From the NCBI RefSeq assembly GCF_006345805.1, contig NW_021836078.1, positions 1-26,934 of the forward strand: 26,934 bases of DNA, given 5' to 3'. Made by a program: the position numbers and the translations under genes. The stretch's first letter is position 1. Each line of letters opens with the position of its first letter. The notes under the pieces were generated by a model, which saw nothing but the letters and a program-made list of their open reading frames with translations, ran no database searches and had not been told where the DNA came from. Shown one piece after another: positions 20,603-26,934 of the stretch. The DNA comes from Octopus sinensis. Lineage: Eukaryota.

Positions 20603-21137
20603 TGTATCCAATAGCCTCTTAGATCCAGAGAAATGGACGCAAATTCTCATAAGAGCATTCAGCATTTCCTATATGAAAATGGTTAGTCATTGAATTGTGA
20701 AGCAAGATCTGCCTGCCGGATGGATGTGAAGTTTCCATTGAGATTTACAATGGGTGGAAATGGAATGGTGAAGAAGGTCTGGACAACAGCAAATAGAGAG
20801 AAAGAAAGGAAAGAGAGAAAGAAAGGAAAGAGAGAAAGAAAGGAAAGAGAGAAAGGTAAGATAGAAATAATCGAAGCAGAATATAAAGAAAAGCCAAGGA
20901 GAATTATATGGAGAAAGAGTTGAACTAAACGAGAGTATATTCTTCATATGAAAGAAAGACGGAAAAGAAATGAGAGAAAAGAAAGTGAATTAGAGAAAAG
21001 GGAGGAAAGAAAATAGGAGCGATATAGAACACAGAAGTGAAAGTCGGGGCCGTCTTAAGTACAAGTGAAGCACCTGGACGAAGCAGTGTAGCGGAGAGCC
21101 TAACTCACCCGCCGTCAACATATTAAGATTATAATTT

Positions 21138-21621
21138 TGGGTGTGTGGTTAAAAAGCTTTGCTTTGCAACCATGTGGTTTAGGGTTCAGTCTTACTGTTC
21201 AGCACCATGGGCAAGTGGGCAATAGTCTTCTACTTTATCCCCGGGCCGATCAATGCCTTATGAATGACCTTCGTAGACTGTGTGGATGTCTGCCGTATTT
21301 GCATTTATATATGTGTGTGTGTGTTTGTGTGTGTGTGTCTGTGTGTGTATGCATGTATGTATGTATGTATGTATGTATGTATGTATGTATGTATGTATGT
21401 GTGTGTGCATGTGTGTGTCAGTGTGTGTGTTTGTGTGTGTGTGAATGTCTGTTTGTTGATGTCCCTGTAACCTAGCGGTTCGACGAAAGGAAACGATAGA
21501 ATAAGTAGCTGACTTGAAAATAAATACTGGTGCCGATTTGTTCAACTAACCTTCTCAAGTCTGTATTCCAGCATGGCTGCAGTCCAATGACCGAAACTAG
21601 TAAAAGATACAAAATAAAATA
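21138..21621 (+). mobile_element. Diverged near full-length SINE B
   Basis: Head, CACCATGGGCAAGT core, microsatellite, tail ...CCAGCATGGCTGCAGTCCAATGACCGAAACTAGTAAAAGATA. Confidence 0.85.
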
Positions 21622-22596
21622 TAGGATATTTGTGGTATTTCATTGCAGAAAATGTTCTGTAACCGGATGAAAGTCGACGTTATTGAAGGTATCGTTTACA
21701 GTACACGTTAAAAAAAACCCCAGATTCAACCACTTCTGTCCAATACTGTCGCGAAGACGGTTCGTTGTGTTTCAACAGAGAAAATTACAGTTGATGACCA
21801 TCAAACGCATTTTATATCCCGAAAGCGATTTCAGCATTGGTAAATAGATTTCAGCTTCTTTGAAAAGAATTTATGGTTTGGCAATATATATGCCGGGTGG
21901 GTGATGGTGGGAGTCTTATAGTATTCATCAAAAACAGTGTAGTGTTTGAATTGCTTACATTCATTGAGTAATTCATTGTAATAAATATCTTCCTGATAAG
22001 CATTATCTATTTTTCACACTTTTGACTAAGTTCATTACAGTCTATTTTTGACGGACTAAAGATGGAAAACAGACATTAACAAACAACTACTCATTGTTTC
22101 TTAAAGATGAGTTCATCAGAAAAAGAATGAATAGGGCAACTAAATTTCATTGAAAGCATTTACCCTCAATTCATCATAGTTGGTTGTACACACTCCGTTA
22201 ACCTTCAATACATTATACGAGCAAAAGCCCCCCCCCCCAATGGACGGTGCGGAGCTGTCAAACATTTAAACCAAATTTTCTCAAAACAACTTGTCCGACT
22301 GTCCCATAGGCCTCCTCTTTGAGAAACACTGATTTAACCTAAATTTGAGACACCAGCAAAAGAAGAAATAAAGATAGACTTTTTTCTATTCCAAAGAAAA
22401 ACGATTTTATTCACACAAATATGCAACCGAAGAGTTTAAAGTACCAGTAATAATTAGGCTGTTGACTGGGAGAACACAAACATGGTTTAAACAGTAAGCT
22501 TGGAAGGAAAGGAACGTGCCTTTAAGCAGTACAAAGACAACAAAAAATGGAAGGTGCAGTTATGTACAGATTGACGGAAGAAAAGCAGGACAAAAA

Positions 22597-22728
22597 CGGC
22601 TTTATCGATCGCATTGTCACCTGGAATCGATTTTTGCAATTTTTTCAAGATTTATACATGCCCTGATACCGTCGGTATCTACATATCAAATTTGAGCGCA
22701 ATCGGATGGAGGATGCCCGAGATCCTAG

Positions 22729-22787
<59 letters not shown>

Positions 22788-22813
22788 CGGATTTTATATA
22801 ATAGATTTATAGA
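22597..22813 (-). mobile_element. 5' fragment of a non-autonomous Helitron
   Basis: Minus strand A|TCTATAAATCTATTATATAAAATCCGTTC(TG)n...CATCCTCCATCCGATTGCGCTCAAATTTGATATG, the same layout as the 5' end of the 23948 Helitron. No 3' hairpin/CTAG found; left boundary approximate. Confidence 0.6.
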
Positions 22814-23384
22814 TGCGCTCTCCAGCCAATGGAGAGAATGATTATCGCTGGTTTCCCACACCCCATCCCATTAAACGTCTGTTGCACATCACTTTTATAA
22901 CCTGCCATAACTGCATCATTGTCACGGCATTGGAATCGACAGCTTCTTCACATTATTTCGCCTTTTATAAGTTGACCCCAAAATTATTTCCATCATATTT
23001 TCAACCTTCTCTCTTCCTAACTGGATGAATAAAAAAAAAGACTATTTTATAAAAATTCTTTTCTCCTTAAAACTAATATCGGTATAATAACTTGTTCCTG
23101 TCATTTGCTCTTATATGTTTCGTTTTGAGTTGAATGAAATATGTAGCCAAAGTATTTGGCTTATTTTGCCAATTACTTTAATAATTTCTGTCAAATTTTG
23201 CCAATAATTTTAAATAACCTCCAAAATTGCTTCCTTTTTCTTTCTTATAGGACTGTTTTATAGGATATCGAAATTTTTATGCTGTGAAGAAATTTTTTGT
23301 GTTTATGGTGTCAATAAATAAAGGACCCTTTAATATTTTGAAAACGTTTCAAACTCTATGTAGCTATTACTGATTGCAGAGAAG

Positions 23385-23638
23385 ATGGCAAGCTAGCAGA
23401 ACCTCAAAGTTTGAGGTTCTGCTAGCTTGTGTTTGAGGCTCAAATACACCAGGCAAAATGCTTAGCGTTATTTCGTCTGTCTTTACGATCTGAGATCAAA
23501 TTCCCCCGAGATCGATTTTTGCCTTTCATCCTTTTGGGGTCTATAAAATAAGTACCCGTTGAGCCATGAAGTCGATGTAATCGACTCCCCTCTCTCCTCC
23601 GAAGCTGCTGGATCCGTTCCAATATTTGAAAACGTTAT
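23385..23638 (+). mobile_element. SINE A (tail-3 type) with a fold-back insertion in its head
   Basis: Body GCCTTTCATCCTTTTGGGGTCTATAAAATAAGTACC; perfect palindrome at 23389-23429. Confidence 0.8.
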
Positions 23639-23691
23639 TTACCAGAGAATCTTTGGTAAAATTATATCTTTTTGATATTTTGTCAAACTCT

Positions 23692-23840
23692 AAGGTAGCT
23701 AGTTGGCAGAATCGTCAAATTGCTGGACAAAATGTTTAGCGGCATTTCATCCGCCTTTATGTTCTGAGTTCAAATTTCGCTGAGGTCGACTTTGCCTTTC
23801 ATCCTTTCGGAGTTGGTAAACTAAGTACCAGTCGAGCACT
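23692..23840 (+). mobile_element. 3'-truncated SINE A followed by (CA)n
   Basis: TTGGCAGAATCG...GTTCTGAGTTCAAATT...GCCTTTCATCCTTTCGG...AAGTACCAG. Confidence 0.85.
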
Positions 23841-23866
23841 ACACTGCTACACACGCGCATGCACCA

Positions 23867-23938
<72 letters not shown>

Positions 23939-24267
23939 ACACACACATCTATTACATATATGGAAAATTGGTGTGTGTTTCTTTGTGGTACTTAAATCCT
24001 CCTACATCGTTTTATTGATTTTGATGAAACTTGACACGTGAGCAGAACTCATGTCTGGAAACCTCGTGACATACTTAGATGGTTGAAAAAATCGATAATA
24101 CGGCCCCTGGAAGGGACATTTATATCTACTTCCTATAAACATTTTTTTAAACACCCAAGGGAAATAACCCATACCACCTGCACAATATGTTCTTAAACAC
24201 TCAAGGGAAGTAACCCATTTCATTGTTTATGTTCGATTACTTTGAATATTGATTTTTTTGTGTGTCC

Positions 24268-24376
24268 AATTTCGATAGTTATAAAATAGTTATAAATTTC
24301 GGGAGTTATAAATTTCGATAGTTATAAATTTCGATAGTTATAAATTTCAATAGTTATAAATTTTCGATAGTTATAA
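24268..24376. repeat. 16-bp minisatellite (AATTTCGATAGTTATA) ~7 copies inside the Helitron
   Basis: Directly visible. Confidence 0.9.
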
Positions 24377-24755
24377 AAACAAAAACTCCGTAGGCCAAAC
24401 ACAGTTACTGACAGCGACCACCAGTGAGTGTGACCGTTATTATTGCATTTTCTTCTTACACTTCATTCATATATTTCTATACATATATACTACATTCATA
24501 TATTACCTATAATAAATTAGCCTTCATAAAGTTCCCCTTCAAAATTCCACGAGGAGTCAGAGTGCGACTGGGTGCTTTTACTTCACAAGCTGCTCTAATG
24601 CGACAACGGCGATTTCAAGTAAGTTTCTGATTCATTATGCTTCATATTTACAAAATAAAACAATTATTCTTCGTCTATTCTAATTTAATATCTAAACAGT
24701 TATATACATGTTGCTGTAATTAATTTACACATTGCATTAATAGACATTTTTTCAA

Positions 24756-25096
24756 CATCTATGCAATGGCACGAGACTTATTATCAAAAAATTGATGCAG
24801 ACAGTGTTAGAGGCAACAATACTGGCTGGGAAAACAAGTGGTGAAGATGTTTTCATTCCAAAGATTCCTCTGATTCCTTCCGACACATAAATTGATTTCA
24901 AAAGGCTACAATGAGCATCAACAAAGCACAGGGTCAGACATTGGAAGTGGTAGGCCTTAATCTTGCAGAACCTGCTTTTTCTCATGGACAGCTCTTTGTC
25001 GGATGCTCTAGAGTTGGAAATCCGGAAAATTTATTCATCTATGCACCCAACGGCAAAACCAAAAATATTGTGTATCATGAAGCCCTGCAAAACTGA
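24756..25096 (+). pseudogene. C-terminal remnant of Helitron RepHel Pif1-like helicase
   Basis: HLCNGTRLIIKKL...GEDVFIPKIPLIPSDT*IDFKRLQ, then a short deletion/frameshift, then MSINKAQGQTLEVVGLNLAEPAFSHGQLFVGCSRV...KTKNIVY (Pif1 motifs V/VI). Confidence 0.92.
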
Positions 25097-25102
25097 AATT
25101 TT

Positions 25103-25378
25103 GGAGCAAAGATGCCTCTCCCCCCGACAACCTCTCTCGCCAACCTTCGACAACCTCTCTCGCCAACCTCCGAAACCTCTCTTGCCAACCTCCGACAATC
25201 TCTCTAGACAACCTCCGACAACTTATCTTGCCAACCTCCGACAACCTTGGAACAAAGATGCCTCTCTCCCCAACAACCTTTCTTGCCAACCTCCGACAAC
25301 CTCTCTCACCAACCTCCGACAACATTTTTCACCAGCCTCCGAACACCTCTCTCGCCAACCTCCAACAATCTCTCCCTC
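25103..25378. repeat. ~22-bp minisatellite (CTCTCGCCAACCTCCGACAAC-like) in the Helitron 3' region
   Basis: About 10 degenerate units, with a higher-order repeat GGA.CAAAGATGCCTCTC at 25103 and 25249. Confidence 0.9.
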
Positions 25379-25540
25379 CTCCAGCTGACAGTTTTTGTAT
25401 TTTTTCGTGACGGAAAATACACTTTTTATGGCAGTTATAACGAAATTGCTTTCTTATATCAGAGTAATAAGGGGCTTCAAAGGAACATTTTTGCCCCTGG
25501 GAATTACCGGGTACACCAGCTAGTATATATATATATATAT

Positions 25541-26222
25541 GCGTTGAATAGTTGAGAACCTTGCTTTCCAGCAATATGGTCTTGGATTCAGTTCCATTGC
25601 GTGGCATCTTGGGCAAGAGTCTTCTGCTGTAGCTCCGGGTCGATTTGGCGGACGGAAACTGAAGCCTGTCGGCGAGCTGGCAGAAACGTTAGCACGAAGA
25701 GCGGAATGCTTAGCGGTATTTCGTCTGCCGTTACGTTCTGAGTTCAAATTCCGCCGAGGTCGATTTTGCCTTTCATCCTTTCGGGGTTGATAAATTAAGT
25801 ACCAGTTACGCACTGGGGTCGATATAATTGACTGACTCCCTTTGTCTGTCCTTGTTTGTCCCCTCTATGTTTAGCCCCTGGTGGGCAATAAAGAAATAGG
25901 AAACTGAAGTCTGTCGTATACATACATACATACATACATACATACTACATACATACATAAACAAGTGCGCGGTGGGTAGGGGTGTGCGCGCACACGCTTC
26001 CAGGTGTGTGTTTTTGTGTTTATCTCTCCCTCACTGCCTGACAACCGGAGGTGGTTTGTTTGCTTTCCTGCAATTCAGCAGTTCTGCAAAAGAGACTGAT
26101 GGAGTAAGTGTCAGACTTAAAGAAAATTACTTAAAGAAAAAGTACGATTTGTTCGACTAGACTTTTCAAGACGATGTCCCAGCATGGTCGCAGTCCAATG
26201 TCTGAAGCAAGTAAAAGATAAA
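25541..26222 (+). mobile_element. Diverged SINE B interrupted by SINE A
   Basis: Core GCATCTTGGGCAAGAGTCTTCT; tail ...CCAGCATGGTCGCAGTCCAATGTCTGAAGCAAGTAAAAGATA. Confidence 0.85.
25671..25898 (+). mobile_element. Well-preserved SINE A (tail-1) with 17-bp TSD
   Basis: TSD GGAAACTGAAGCCTGTC (25654-25670) / GGAAACTGAAGTCTGTC (25899-25915). Confidence 0.92.
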
Positions 26223-26454
26223 ATATATAACACGCAGGTATGCATTCATTCCTATAGTCAATGGCTATATTTTATAAACTTTGATATAACACTGTAGATC
26301 ACAATTTAGAGAAGTTTATCGTTTAATACTGAACACACTTCTACATGTAAAGCAGTCTTTTCTAATCTAAAGTGTATTCTTGTTGTGGTTTAAGACATTA
26401 TTTGTATTAAAAAGCACCACTTATTTTATTGCGTAGATACGTATATAAAAAAAT

Positions 26455-26459
26455 GTATA

Positions 26460-26492
<33 letters not shown>

Positions 26493-26493
26493 C

Positions 26494-26542
<49 letters not shown>

Positions 26543-26831
26543 CGCGTTAACAGAAAAATGTATACACATGCTAAAAAGTATGTGTTTGTATGTATGTATG
26601 TTTGGTATGTATGTATATGTGTATGTATGTATGTATGTATGTATGTATGTCTGTTGTAGTATGTATGTATTCTTAGGTTTTCATACTCTATTTTCCTCTC
26701 CATTCAATTTTTCTGTGGTGTATGACATTGTGAAAAGAAATGAATAAAGGAAGACAGCAAAGGAGAATAGATATGAAAATGGAGGGAGAAGAATAGAGAT
26801 AAATAGACAGATAGACAGACAGACAGATAGG

Positions 26832-26880
<49 letters not shown>

Positions 26881-26902
26881 GATAGATAGATAGATAGACA
26901 GA
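26455..26902. repeat. (TA)n, (TATG)n and (GATA/GACA)n microsatellites
   Basis: Directly visible. Confidence 0.9.
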
Positions 26903-26934
26903 CAATGTGAGTGTGTATGTGAGAAGAGAATATG

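Larger units (their letters stand above)
23948..25523 (+). mobile_element. Internally deleted Helitron (1576 bp)
   Basis: 5' A|TC, 3' hairpin CCTGG-GAATTA-CCGGG (25496-25511) then CTAG|T, no TSD, and a helicase remnant inside. Confidence 0.88.

Noticed and set aside
20690-20947. Lys/Glu-rich ORF and a DLPAGW peptide resembling a WW-domain start
   Set aside because: GA-rich low complexity; a stop follows the peptide immediately.
22318-22331. hAT/Charlie-like terminus TTTGAGAAACACTG (and GGGCCGTCTTAA near 21046)
   Set aside because: No matching partner TIR or 8-bp TSD found.
24911-25096. Host PIF1 helicase exon
   Set aside because: Upstream stop and frameshift, and it lies within Helitron termini.
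24268-25378. Short repeat arrays as CRISPR
   Set aside because: Head-to-tail degenerate units without unique spacers, in a eukaryotic Helitron, with no cas genes.
24963-25555. Pro/Thr-rich ORFs (RQPPTT repeats)
   Set aside because: Translation of the Helitron minisatellite.

Overview
AT-rich, microsatellite-dense eukaryotic non-coding DNA. The repeat content suggests an octopus/coleoid cephalopod genome (inference). I see no intact host gene, and almost all ORFs in the track are translations of simple repeats. Contents: (i) a full-length decayed pogo/Tc2 (Passer/POGK-like, DD35D spacing) DNA transposon at 1299-3632 plus a related MITE; (ii) many copies of two SINE families, 'A' (GGCGGCGAGCTGGCAG head, three different tails) and 'B' (CORE-like); (iii) a 2.0-kb non-LTR element encoding only a zinc-knuckle ORF1 (no RT), bounded by a 15-bp TSD, nested in a SINE B, whose 3' end resembles the SINE A tail-1; (iv) two independent SINE A insertions at the same nucleotide of SINE B; (v) a ~4-kb (TA)n-embedded cluster (15.4-19.5 kb) of short Penelope-pLTR-like modules, at least five distinct ones carrying a type I hammerhead-like motif (each deviating from consensus), with inverted arms and a ~1.55-kb tandem duplication; (vi) a non-autonomous Helitron with a Pif1 helicase remnant and a second Helitron 5' fragment. 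All family assignments and folds were made by eye and need Dfam/Rfam/Pfam confirmation.
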